A stretch of DNA of 62,717 bases, the filler included, from Choristocarpus tenellus KU-1152 (taxonomy: Eukaryota > Protista > Phaeophyceae), in assembly GCA_964200185.2 (NCBI GenBank). It is 12 parts of 12 records of this genome, joined end to end, with 100 filler letters (N's around TTAATTAATTAA, not from the genome) between each part and the next. Parts side by side here need not be neighbours in the genome. Positions count along the whole stretch, not along the records: positions 9,124 to 13,781 come from CAXNAD020013592.1; positions 13,882 to 23,912 come from CAXNAD020003195.1; positions 24,013 to 29,065 come from CAXNAD020012027.1; 9 more parts are not named here. The stretch is one strand, 5' to 3'. A program made the position numbers and the translations under genes. The notes beneath the pieces were generated by a model. It did not search any database. It was not told the origin of the DNA and saw nothing but the letters and a program-made list of their open reading frames with translations. The first letter of the stretch is position 1; each line of letters starts with the position of its first letter. Below, piece by piece: positions 12,046 through 24,170 of the stretch.

Positions 12046-13623
12046 TTTAAAGAAGAGTGTTCAGGTTTTATTGATGAAAACGGTGATTTTGGATAAGTAG
12101 TTTTTGTTGGTGGTGTGTTTTGTATAATTAGGTGAGACTTTATTGTCTGTGTTGCTTTTGTTTGGAGGGAGCAGGTGTTTTTAATAATAGTGGAAGGCGT
12201 TGGATGTTTCTTTTTTTTGCAGATTTTTTGCTGCTTTGTAAGGAGGCGCGGTTGGGACTCTGTGGAAAGGGGTTGGAGCTAACTATGGCTTTTGGTGCTG
12301 CTCCCTCACTTACTACCATTACAGGTTACTATATTTTTTTTCTTTTTATGATTTAATATGAACTTGGCATGAAATACTGCTTTTTTATTCTTGTGGTTTT
12401 TTGGTAAATGTTTGTGATGCATTTATTATTGTTGCTACACCTGTGCAATATTGCAGTATTGACATATTGGATTTCATTTGTCGGGGGGGGGGGGGTGAAG
12501 AGATTCTTACGCTAGAGTTTGATGGAGACAAGTTAACTGGTTGCTGTATTGCTTACAGTGAAAGAAAATGAAAGTCTTTCTAATGCAATATGTAGTGGAA
12601 GCCGTACGGTGTTCATGAAACATACACCTCTTGGTGTATGACGAAGCGTCGTTAAAAGTTCATTGTGAGGATTTATCTTTCCGTTTCAAGGTATACCTTT
12701 GTGGTGCTGTGTTCCCCTCGTATTTGTCTTGTTTTAGGAGACAACCAACTCTTGTTCACATGACTCCTTTCCTCGTACATGATGCTCTCTTACAGAAATG
12801 CAAAATAGTATATATATTTTTTCATTTTTTTCCTGATCCTGAAACCCTGACCCTAACCCTAACTCTCTCTCGCGAGAAATTTCTTCAAAGAAAATAAAAA
12901 GTTTGATCTGAACTAACCGAGAGGAGGGGAGGGAGTGCCATTTATTTTCAAAATTACCCCTGACTTCATTGGAAATGAACACGCATGTTTTTGAAGCACA
13001 CCGTACTAGCAGTCCACAGATATGGAGTCCGTTTTGGTTCTTCTGTGATTGAAGGGTTAGGGTTAGGATTAGGGCTAGAGATTATCCTTAACGATGCCCT
13101 TTCTTGAGCATCTTCATCTTCTTTGGGAATCAAATGAAGTTGAAAAAAAACCCTCGACCAATAAACGTCTCCGTGGTTGTATGTTGACTTCTTGAGTCCG
13201 TCAAAATAACGTGGGTTGTAAACAGACTGGACAAGACAGGGCACCCTACCTTCAACAAAACCTTTGAACCCTAACCCTAACCCAAGACAGGGCACCCTAC
13301 CTTCAACCAAACCTTTGAACCCTAACCTAACCCTAACCCAAGACAGGGCACCCTACCTTCGACCAAACCTTTGAACCCTAACCCTAACCCTAACCCCTTG
13401 CAAACCCCACTGGACAAGACAAGTCACCCTCCCCCTGACCGAATATTTGAGCCCTAACCCTTTTACCCTAACCCTAACCACCTTGTCTTTTTTTTTTTTG
13501 TCTCTGCAACAGTTTCCCACCGTGGCGCCACTCTTTTCACTGGATTTCGGGCTTACTAGAGGCGGCTGGGTTGAGAAAACTGTATGATTCGCTGGCAGCG
13601 GCGTTCAATAACCTTCACATGGC
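9996..13623 (+). CDS. Internal exons of an uncharacterised protein (9996-10179, 11770-11917, 13513-13623); weak resemblance to the C-terminal region of brown-algal Zn2Cys6-type transcription factors
   Basis: Canonical AG/GT sites with matching phases (1, then 2) give an open peptide: VSYLRYAML...NTVL|VTKSLNRSIVAVKLL...RRLVEITTEHPGIM|RFPPWRHSFHWISGLLEAAGLRKLYDSLAAAFNNLHM. The product assignment is from recollection only. Confidence 0.7.
10858..10945. repeat. 12-bp-unit minisatellite (TGTGTTGAAGAG / TGTTTTGAAGAG)
   Basis: About 7 imperfect tandem units within an intron. Confidence 0.85.
11997..12039. repeat. (AG)n microsatellite
   Basis: Direct reading. Confidence 0.95.
13232..13480. repeat. 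Tandem repeat of a ~37-bp core followed by a variable (CCCTAA)n telomere-type tract
   Basis: The core CAAGACAGGGCACCCTACCTTCRACMAAACCTTTGAA occurs at 13232, 13283 and 13339, with a diverged copy at 13415. Each is followed by 1-3 CCCTAA units. Confidence 0.9.
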
Positions 13624-15183
13624 GTGAGTCCTTCTCTCCATGATTAGTCTTCTTTTTCTCTTATTCTCACTTGTTTTTGCTCGGTCCTCTCAAGAGTTCC
13701 CAGTTGATGTTTTTAAATATGTCCTGGTTTGGTGGTGGTGGGGCGGGGAGGGGGGGAGGTCTGCTAAGTGTGGGGAGGAATNNNNNNNNNNNNNNNNNNN
13801 NNNNNNNNNNNNNNNNNNNNNNNNNTTAATTAATTAANNNNNNNNNNNNNNNNNNNNNNNNNNNNNNNNNNNNNNNNNNNNGAGCAGGTGATGGGCCCGA
13901 ACGACATGAAGAATTTGCCCAACTGGACTGGAGCACCAGCACGATCGGTGAACTCTTCATGTCGTTCGGGCCCATCACCTGCTCCTTTTCTCCATACTAC
14001 TGAGGCTCATAACCTGCGCAAATTACCTTGGGAGGTAATGCTATTTGTTAGTAGTGAAGATAAGTGCATTACCTACCACGGTAATTTGCACAACCAGCGC
14101 CAGTGGTGGAAACAAGAAGTGAAGCACCTATTAGACACCAAATCGCTCATTCTGAAGATGAAATTGACTATTAAATATGGTAGCCCAAGAGTAACACGTA
14201 CAGCTTTGAGGGAGATCTATGAGGGAAATTCCAACATAAAAATACTTCACTAAACCCTCACAAGTTGCAACCACCACCCTCAGGCACGCAAGGTCTTCAA
14301 CAGTACCTGGAGCCTCTCATTCTTTCCTTCAGCTTGCATTTTCTTCAACCCTATCTTAATCCTAATGGGCAGTTGACAATAAGATCAATATATTCAACAT
14401 AATCTATGAGGGAGATCCCTCCCGACAAGATATCACTCATCATTCAGAAGCCGCGCACGTCACTATTATGCAAACAAGATCTTCCCTGCGACGACTGAGA
14501 GCTTTTTCATTCTCCACCCCAACCTGCGGCTTCTCTACAATTCGATATTAATGACCGATGAGATATTCTTAAGGAGGGGGTGTAAACCTATGTGTTTGGA
14601 GGGGCCGATGAGGGAAATCCCATAGAGAAACGCTAACGAACCCTGGAGAACTACCACATCACTCTTGGATACGCAAGATCTCGATCGCCAACACCTGGCG
14701 TCCTCTCATTCCTCAACACCCTTTTCGCCTTCGCTGAAGTACAGCCTCAAACCTCGTGGGCCAGGTTCAAAAGGCAGAATGATTCGCTTCTCCACATTCG
14801 AAAACCGACGTTCGGTTCAGCGGAGAGTAAAGGAGAAGGATCGCTTGTCGCCACCATCTACTCGTTTGACAAGGGTGGCTCATAAAGGATTCCCCAAAAA
14901 AATGCTTAGACTTAACTGGTATCGATTTGCTCACCTGAACTAGAGCGGCACTCGATCGTCGGAGCTCTCCACTGAATAAGAGGGTAACAAACCAAGCATT
15001 GATCTGTTATTTGGTTTTGGGGCGTTTTGTCTCTCCCTATCCACAACAACAAACGATTTTTTTTCATGATTGTCGTATTATAGCGTGTGACCGAATACGG
15101 CACAGGTTTTATACCGTAGATACTTTTTTTACTTTTTTCCTAAGATATAGCGCTATTTGTGTGTACGTTCCATCTCCCTAACT

Positions 15184-16240
15184 TTGGATGGTAGAGAAGG
15201 TAATGGAGGTAGCAGACTTGGTGGAAGAAGCTGACTTATTTGAAGGGGTGTGTGAAAACAAGTGCAGAACAGATGCCCACAAGTTCAGGGGGTTTGGGTC
15301 TATCCTCTATGAAGCATCACCAGCATGCAGCCTTCGTAGGGTCACTGGTGACTACTCTCCGCACCCTATTAGCAAGGTAACAAGAGCCTCATGGAGAGTC
15401 TTTCTCACAAGCCATCTGTACAAGCCCCACAGTAAGGGCCATGGGATTATCCGTTCACACCCTCTTCTCTACAGGAATCCCTTTAGAAGACTTGACGGAA
15501 GTTACTGGACAAAGCTGGGTACCCTGGGTGGAAACATCAACCCCTGCACCTGCCCCAGAGGTCCACGCTCTGGCTGCCCATGATGCCAGGATGACAAGGA
15601 GGGCACAACACGAGATCACTCGTCTCCTAAACAGGATCCACTTCGACTCTTTCCGGACGCAATTGGTCGCCTTACCCGATGAAGCAGAACAAGGGAAGGA
15701 AATATCCCTCGCTAGCCCTGCCCCACCACTGGAACCAGTGTGGACAAGGAGCAAATGCATGGGCCTCCACGCAACCCCTCGAACCAGCATGGCAGATCCC
15801 TCCCATAGAGATTAGACTCACTGCCATCAGTTCCCTAGGGAGGGAGGAGGCCCTATCGAATAGCAGCCCGGTGGCTGGGTGCAGGAGGCAAAATGTGGAT
15901 ATACAACATGCAAGTACCTGCCCTAGGACAGGAGAACAAGTTCGCCGACACACGCCAATGGTGAAGCATCTAGGCCAACTCTGCAAAGGAATGAATATCC
16001 CTTGCACTATGGAGGACAGCCTTTTAACCGTCGACAGGAATTTCCGCATGGATCTAGTCTTCCATGCTGGGGCACTTCGGACGCTGGATCAGCTCCCTAG
16101 TGGGACAAAGACTTTGTTCTAGATATTACGTTTCCAGGAGTGCAAGCAGCATCCTACCTACCCCACCCATCCACCAGCAATGGTGTAGCTGCTACTGCAG
16201 CTGAGGCACGAAAGCACACCCACTACGAGAGCTCTTTTTG
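15184..16240 (+). mobile_element. CRE-like RLE non-LTR retrotransposon, 5'-truncated degenerate copy 1
   Basis: QMPTSSGGLG-type motif, HASTC...RHTPMV (zinc-finger region), RMDLVF, LDITF and AATAAEARKHTHYE. Collinear with the 29367-31585 copy. Confidence 0.8.
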
Positions 16241-16379
16241 TGCAATTAACACTGGAATGTATTGCTATTTGATCAGTAGTGAAGACAAGAAGGTGTGGAA
16301 CCTCACACGACCCCCCTTGCTGAATGCAAAAAGAATGGGTGGATGAAATTAGAAGAATTACCTTGAGGGGTGTCTTGTT

Positions 16380-17000
16380 ATTGCTTGTTTCTTTATTGTT
16401 ATTTGTGTGTCATACATAAGTCAACGGCTATGTCAGAGTAGCTTAATTGCAATACTAAACCCCATACATAAGCCGCATTAGTTACATCACACGGAATCTC
16501 ACATGCACAAAACAGGGTACACCTTATGATTGTCCGATATTGCACACTCCCCCATGAGATTGGAACTAAAAGAACAGATTGCTTCAACTCTCACACAACT
16601 CTCACACACTACACTCATCTTATCAACACAGTATCCACGAAGTCTTCTACCTGCTTCTTTCGTAATCTCTTCGTTAGAATGTCAGCAAGTTGTAATGCAA
16701 TAGGCATTTACTTCACTGTAAACATACCTTGAATTACTTACTCCCTTGTTCATTTCAGCTTTATGTCCTCACGCCTCGTTCTTTCATTGAACCCCTCAGT
16801 TGTCCCTGCTTGGATTGCGCCCCGGTTGTCCCCATACCAAGTCGTAATCCTTGAGGTATGCCAAGCTCCCCTAGGATTCCTTCGGGAAATATCGCATGTC
16901 TCATTCCATGTACCATCGCTGTCTACTCTACTTCTGAGGAAGATGTGGTTACACGTCCTTGCAGCTTTGATTTCCATGCAATGGGTGCTCCATTCATGAA
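16380..17000 (-). mobile_element. Ty1/copia 3' fragment (RNase H end, polypurine tract, possible 3' LTR)
   Basis: WYGDNRGAIQAGTTEGFNERTRREDIKLK resembles the copia DNxxAI...RTKHIDI motif. Minus-strand GGGGGAG|TG at 16553-16545 is a PPT/LTR junction signature. Confidence 0.6.
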
Positions 17001-17169
17001 TATTAGATACCCCGTCAATAGATTATAGAAAAATGTATTTCACATTTACGACAACTGTTACATTTTTAGGGGTTTGGTATTTCCCCTGACACATACATCT
17101 GGAAAATGTCAGAGGGCATAATAACATAAATACATAACGTGAGAGGACATAATAATTATAACATGAACA

Positions 17170-17620
17170 GGTCCCTACCAGGACAAAGGTCTCCTCCTGA
17201 ACATTACGTACCCAGAAGTGCAAGCAGTCCCCATCTAACCCAGTAGTCCACAAGCAATGGTGTAGCTGCTTGTGCGTCTGAGCCGTGAAAGCGCGCCCAC
17301 TATGAGGGTTCTTTTGACCCTCGTAGTTTCAACCTCAACGCCTTAGCGGTGGAAAGTTTTGGCCGCCTCAAAAAGCAAGCAGAGAAAGTAATTTAGATGA
17401 GTTGGCTACACATGCTATAGGGGGCAGAGGGGCGAGAGGTTCTAGCAGGAAAGGGACCGTAAAGTCCCTCTTGCAATTAGATGATGTCTATTACTGCAAA
17501 AAGTAGTTATCTCAATATGCGTCAGCGTTTCGAGCTAGAGACACACCAGGCAGATGGGCAACAAGGGGTCTATCAGATTAGATTCTTGGGATGCTTCCCT
17601 AGCTCCTCGCCCACCTATGT
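17170..17620 (+). mobile_element. CRE-like element, short 3' copy 2 (RLE domain only)
   Basis: KGLLLNITYPEVQA, HYEGSFDPRSFNLNALAVESFGRL, and a DSWDA tail. Confidence 0.8.
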
Positions 17621-17731
17621 AAGGGGCAAAGCAGCAGTGTACACAATGGCATTATAGGGTTCCTTGTGATATTGGTTTGGCTTTTCCCCTGACATACCTG
17701 CAAAATGTCAGAACGCATGATATTATGTATT

Positions 17732-19230
17732 TCTTTCTTCAGGAGGGCCTTTGCCTCACCCTTCTGTGCCGACCGGTGCCCCTAACTTGAGGAATACTTT
17801 AGGGGTATGGGGCAGTTTGGAGTAAGGGTCCCAATCGAGGGTGAGCGTACAATACTAGACAATCGCCGAATGAAAGAGTGTGGTGATAGGGTCGTTAGCC
17901 TGGATGGAAAAAATGACTTCAACATTGCACTCCACTCAGCCTTCATCGAGGAACTTCTCAAGATCCGAGCAGGACTCCTACCCTATGTAACCAAGGTATT
18001 ATGGGACACCTGCGATCGTCTTTTCCACTAGATGAGTGATTAAGGTAGTGCCCTCAAGCTCAGCTGCACAACAAGTAGATCCCCTTAACCCCTTACTATA
18101 CTGCATGACTACAGCCAGAGGTCTCCAGTATGTCCAGTCTACCTTTGGACCTCAGGGGGCTTCGGTCTGAAGCTTCCAGCGCAACATATCCATCTCCACA
18201 AGGGATATAGACCCACTCCTATACCTGTCATTTTGGAAGTGAAGACGGACCTGTACGAGGTGGGCATAGCACTAAACATGGATAAGACCTAAGCTACACA
18301 ACCCCAGGGTCACCACTCCACGCTGTGGGAACTGGAGTTCCAAACTTACCTCAGGATTCAAGCTGGGTCTGGACCCAATTTATTTTGTGACCGGTAGGGA
18401 TGGATAAATTTATCCAAGCCCACATGGCTGGGATAATCGAGAGCCCAGACACATGGATGCTGGCCACACACTTGAATGAGATGGAGGATAAACAAGTTAC
18501 CTGCCTCCTCAACTCCTGTTCCCTCTCTTCCCATTCGAGTTATTTGGTGACGGTCATTCCCCCCCTACCCAACAGGTACCCAGTGGTCGCATAATGTCGA
18601 TAACTGGCATGCCCGTACCTGCACTAGGGCAGGAGGACAAGCGTCCCAGCACACACCAATGGTGAAACGCCTAGGTCAACGCTCCAGGGAAATGGGTATC
18701 ACTTGCACCATGGAGGGTGGCAGCCCATTTACAATGGACCAGAACTTTCGCGAGGATGTGGTGTTCCAGGCTGGGGCACTCTCAGACACTGACTCAGCTC
18801 CGTACCAGGACAAAGGCCTCCTATTGGATGTTGACTAGACAGAAGTCCAAGCAGTCTGTCATCTACCCCACCACCAGCAATAGTGTTGCTGCTGCGACGG
18901 CGAAAGTACTCCCACTACAAGGGATTTTTTGATCGTCGTAGTTTGAATCTCAACACCTTCACGGTGGAAAGTGTGGGGCATCTCGGAAAGCAAGCAGAAG
19001 ATTTCTCGGATGAGTTTAGCCACGACACAGTAGGGGGGAGAGAGGGGTGGGAATACATTTTTAGAGGGGGGGCTGTCAAGTCACGTTTAGACAGAGACAT
19101 TGGTCATCACTGCATAAGTGGCTCTCTTTTGACAAGACACTCATTTCAAGCTAGAGACTCCAGGCAGATGGCAAGAATGGGCTTGTCAGATTCTTGGGAT
19201 GCTCCTCGCCCACCCTTAGGGTCAAGCTAG
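17732..19230 (+). mobile_element. CRE-like element, copy 3 (RT to RLE, internally deleted)
   Basis: FFRRAFASPFCAD, MGQFGVRVP, SLDGKNDFN, AAQQVDPLNPLLYC, HTPMV, TFTVESVGHLGKQAEDF and DSWDAPRPP. Confidence 0.85.
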
Positions 19231-19561
19231 GCTAGAAGCATAGGAGTATGCACATTACTTTGTAATTACCAACCTCCAAGGAAGCATTATTGCGTTGTTA
19301 GGTTTCTAATAGTAAATGCTTTCAGAGAAGTATCTCTTGTATTAATAACTATTATTTTTGCATTAATCCTTGCGATAACCTTTGCTTTTTCCCTAACACA
19401 TTTGCAGTATATCGGAGGGCATAATAATGTGAATTTCATCAACTGGAACTGATGAAATAGGACCACTCCTGCCATGTGGTCCAAAACCAAATGTACGCAC
19501 CTTGGCACGTCACAGTGCCGGTTAAAGAGTATCCAGCATGATTATAACACCATCATTATTC

Positions 19562-20410
19562 TGGATAGGATCTGCTTCGACTCCTTCAGGATACAGCTAG
19601 TCTCAACCTTCTGGAAGATCTCTCTCTAACTCCAATGCACAAACCACGCAGCCCCTGGAGCCAGTACACTGGATTCCTCCTCAAGGGTTTTAGGTTCGCC
19701 ATGACCAGGTCTCTAGTGAGAGTGCAGGTATTGTCAAACAGGTGCACCGTGGCCAGGGAAAGGAGGCAGAATGCTGACACTTGACATGTACGTACTTACC
19801 CTATAGGAGGAGAACAAGGACGCCAGCACGCACTGGTGGTCAAATAGTGAGATGGGGACTGCAAGGGGATGGACATCCCACACACACTGGAAGATTGCAG
19901 TCAGTTCATGGTGGACTGGAACGTCCCACATGGATGCAATGTTCCATGCTGGAGCATTCTCTGAGGCTGGCACAGCTCCCCACAGGAGCAAAGGTCTACT
20001 TCTGAATATCACTTTTGCAGAGGTCCAGGCAGCTTCCCACCTGATGAATTCACACAACAACAATGGTGTTGTTGCTGTAGCAGCCGAGGCCCGAAAGCAC
20101 AATCGCTACGAGGGTTCTTTTGATCCCCTAAGTTTAATCTCCGCACCTTCGAGGTAGAAAGTTTTGCCCACCTCAGTAAGCTAGGATAGAGTTTCCTCAA
20201 TGAGGTTACCACATAAGCAGTTGAGGGGAAGGGGCTTGGGGTTACTGTAGGGAAGGGGATGCCAATATTTGTTTGAAACAGAGAGTGTCAGTAGCTCCAT
20301 AGGTAGCTCTCTTGAGGCATGTCATGCACTTCAACCTGGAGACATCGGACTGGTGGGCAAGAAGGGATATCATAGATTCTTGGGATTCTTGAGCCCCTCA
20401 ACCACCTTCG
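19562..20410 (+). mobile_element. CRE-like element, 3' copy 4
   Basis: The start aligns with 15630 (GGATC..CTTCGACTC). Motifs: HMDAMFHAGA, KGLLLNITFAEVQA and VAAEARKHNRYEGSFDP. Confidence 0.8.
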
Positions 20411-22736
20411 TCGGGCTACACTATGAGGACAGCAGTGAGAACACCATTTATGCACGGAACGATATTGCAAGTGACGTTTTGTGTGTGTGTAGCTATTTTA
20501 ATGCAGTATACACTCCAAGTACTAAAAATAGTATAAATTAAGATAAGACTGTGTCAATTATCGTACTTTATAATAGCAGAGTACAACGTATGTTGGAAAC
20601 GACACCTTTTGTTGCTGAAGCTCTTCTATTTTTCTCCGTTTGCTTTATGGCCTTTGTTTTGCCCCTTTGTCCATCCCCTGAAACATCTCCCAAATTTCAG
20701 TGTGTGGGCAAAAACATGAAGATGAACTTTTTGTCCGAAGTATTTTTTTGCAACAACATACACGGATTCGATGACAAGTCATTGAATGTCTAACATGCCC
20801 CGTGAGATTTTGCAGATGTTGCCATGGACGGAACAGGAAAAAACATAACAGGCGAAGAATGCAACAAACACAACATCGTTCTCTATTGACTTTTCACTAA
20901 ACTCCTTCTGACGCAAAAACCATAGCAGTGCTATAATTAATATATTCCCTGCATGCTCTGTTGTCATGTTTGTTGTGCTTGCTTTGCTTTACATGTGTCT
21001 TCTTGGTCCCTCAACAACAGCAAATAGGTACAAAATACGAGTGGTGGGCATAATGACAATGTGTGTGTACTGTGTCTAAGACCCAAGGAAGTTGACCAAG
21101 ATGATGATATGGTCGTGAAGGCGATCAGGTCATTTGGGTTGATCGTGTTGGAGTGGGAGACAGGGACCATGTGTGTTCAACCTCCCAATAAGGCGACGAA
21201 CTTCATGCAGATCCAAGAGTTGAACCAGAACCATAAGCAGATTGACAAGTTCATCTTGGAGGCACCATCATTGACGCAGCTGCTTTCTCTGTTGAGACCA
21301 GATCGCTATCACTTGATTTCCCAGCAGGCAGAATTATGGGTAACTATAATAATCCTTAGATGATCGTTCTTGCAATAACACACCAGACGAAAAGAGGATT
21401 TGAGACATCATATCATTGACCCCAGCTACTCTAGAGCTAGAAGTGCTTCGGCCGTGACGAAGGTGGTGTTCCCAACAACCGAATTTGACACTGAGGACTT
21501 GCACACAACAGCCTCCACACCAACCACAAACTCCTGTGGAGGCGCTCTTAGGGAAAAGACCAAAACAGTGAGAAATCCATGCCACAGGAAAACATGTTAG
21601 ATTCTACACGTGTCTATTGACCAAAATATCATGGACCTTCTTTGGTGTGTATATGGAGAAAAAATTATAGTTTTCATAACAAAATCTTATTGTGTTCACC
21701 CCTATCAACCATAACCAACAACCTAAAGTAAACTGGAGGTACCCAAGTTTTTGCTGTTTTGCATTGTAAGCCAGTTTTTCGATCTTTTGCAATTCACCCA
21801 TATTTCTATGGTAGAAGTGCTGAGTTCGACTTGGGGTTAGGGTTGGCTTCTCTATTGTTTGAAAGTGATTAAACACATTTCAGCACAACTACCCTTTTTT
21901 ACACACACGTACATATATTTGCTGGCATCCTCCAAATGCAACTCTAGGTACCTCCCTCGTTTAATTGGATTTACCGTTGTTTCTGTGTCTACCTCTGGAA
22001 ATAGGCTCTGAACCCCATGTACATCTCCATTCATTGACTTCGCACACTTTATTGCAGGCCATCCCCACCCCATCTACTTCCATGGCCAGCACATGTATCA
22101 GCCACAAAACGACCTGTGTGCTCATGCGCATTCAGTGGCTGGGCTATTGAGGGGTGCTTTCAATCATACTCTTGAGGTTAATGAGACTTTGTTCTGGAAG
22201 CTTTGTGTTCATCGAGGCCCCAAATCAAGGTGATCATCTCTGCGAAAGAGTCATCACTATCCATGCTAGCTGAAATGTCCCCAAAATAGTCCTCAAACTC
22301 GGCAAATGAAACCTGCTGGTCTTTCTGAATTGGGCAGAAGACGATTAGTCAAGGCAAGAGTGGTTGTGTGCAGGTCAGTGGAGGTCTGAATCTGCGTATC
22401 AGCAAGCATAGTGAGTAGGCACTCAATCCCCTTTGAACTATGCAGTTTTCCAACTCTTCGATGCAACAGACACTGAGAATCTCCATAGAAAGCACAAGAG
22501 CACTTTTCGACACTTACTAGTACTGATGTCATACTGCACAAGGTGTTAGAAGACGGTAGGATACACAAAAATGAAAGTCAGAGAAAGCCCAGCTGTCCTG
22601 AACAAGTTTGAAATGAACATGCCACTTGCTCCTCTCAAGTCTCTTAGGGTTCCATGTCCCTGATGTGTAAACGGAATGTTTGATCTCTCGTGTAGAATCG
22701 TGTCAAGACCGGAGGGGCAGGGGAGGTTACAGAGTA

Positions 22737-22993
22737 GAGTCAAAGCATTTAAAAGGGTAGGAGTTTTGCCCTGTTTGGCCGTTCAGGGCTTGGCTTCCCA
22801 CGGGTTTTTTTGCCCTGTGTCGGTTTTCTGTGTGAAGATAGTTACCAAAAACGTGTAAGACTATGGAAGGTGCATCTGGACCAAGGATATTGGCACTTGC
22901 TAACAAACACGATAACCAAAATTCATCCAAATTGCAACATTGGATTTATGACCTTAAACGGACACGGCTCTGCCCTATTAAAGGCTTTGGGTT
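22737..22993. mobile_element. MITE family A
   Basis: GAGTCAAAGCATTT...AAAGGCTTTGGGTT, flanked by AGTA/AGTA. Confidence 0.85.
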
Positions 22994-24012
22994 AGTAAAT
23001 GCCTCCTATTCGATGGGTGTTACCTATAACCCTTCCATTCGTCTGAGAGGCTGTTGCTTTTTGATCCCCTCTACCCCCTCAATCACAGCATGACTCGCAG
23101 TCAACACTCTACTAGAATGTGGTTTTGCAACTACTGGAAACATTGACCAATACATGAGGTTCTAAATCAGGCCTACCTGCTTGCTGCTGTGTCTCATACG
23201 CCCTGTCCCAAATCAGCATCATTGCAATCCCCGTCATAAGTCTCCAACAGTCTCAGAGACAGAGAGAGAGAGAAAACAATGGTTGAAGTATATGCTAGAA
23301 AGCATTATACAGTATCATACCTGATGGAGTTCCCACTGGTTGAGGAAGCTTTGATATGCTTCTTCTTCTGAGATGCTGCCAGCAATAACATCCGGTTGCC
23401 TAGGAGGAATTGAGACGTGAGTGCACGCATGTGTGTTTGCTTGGGGATTGTGATAAAAGCGTGGAACAAAATATACTCTCAATTGTGCAATTAGTGTTGC
23501 CACCTTTGTCTGCTTAGAAGAGGGGGGTGTCATTGATACGTCCAAAGGTCCCTATGGCTGCCCTGTTGTACATGTGTTTGAGCACTGTGGAGGGCGCTTT
23601 TGGCTAACAACATGTTCACATCTAATCTTCTTGAGTGGTAACACTCTCCTAGGGGGGGGTTAACTGCACTTCAGGCATGGGCATGGCTTATAACTGCTCA
23701 GGGTTCAAAAGACTCTGAAACTCAGAGGAGTCAAACTCAACCCCCCTCTTCATCGATTTTTTCTCAAGCATTATCAATTGTTTTGTTGCAACAACAGAGA
23801 CTACATATAATTCAACATTCACTCTAGACACCCTTCGATTGAATGAATTCTTGCTCTTGGGAACCTTGCTTCTTCTAGCTACGGGCATTAGAGATAAGAC
23901 TCAAGGTATCTGNNNNNNNNNNNNNNNNNNNNNNNNNNNNNNNNNNNNNNNNNNNNTTAATTAATTAANNNNNNNNNNNNNNNNNNNNNNNNNNNNNNNN
24001 NNNNNNNNNNNN

Positions 24013-24170
24013 GTGGTGGCTGTCCATTTGGGGTCAATATTTTCATTTCGCGATTTTTGGGTGATTTGGTTGCATACATCGATTGGTTACTGTAAATGCA
24101 CTTCTCCTGATTTTGCCCCAAATGGACACCCTGGTGTAGACCTAGCCCCGCCTCCCAGATACTTTGGGTC
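24013..24170. mobile_element. MITE family B (~170-180 bp, G/C-run ends); other copies at 29190-29366, 31585-31660, 36620-36798, 41751-41922, 45356-45450, 48248-48419, 57706-57785 and 59755-59913
   Basis: Shared sequence GGCTCAAAGTATCTGGGGGG-GTGGCGGCTGTCCATTTGGGGTCAATTTT...CCAAATGGACACCCTGGTGTAGACCCCC. The terminal CAAAGTATCT and subterminal TCCATTTGGG are shared with family A. Confidence 0.85.

Noticed and set aside
13232-13480. CRISPR-like repeat-spacer array
   Set aside because: The 'spacers' are telomere hexamers rather than unique sequences, the context is a eukaryotic intron, and there are no cas genes.
13888-14943. LINE reverse-transcriptase relic (VQRRVKEKDRLSP resembling RGVKQGDPLSP)
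   Set aside because: Only a single weak motif; no YADD or other ordered domains could be recovered.
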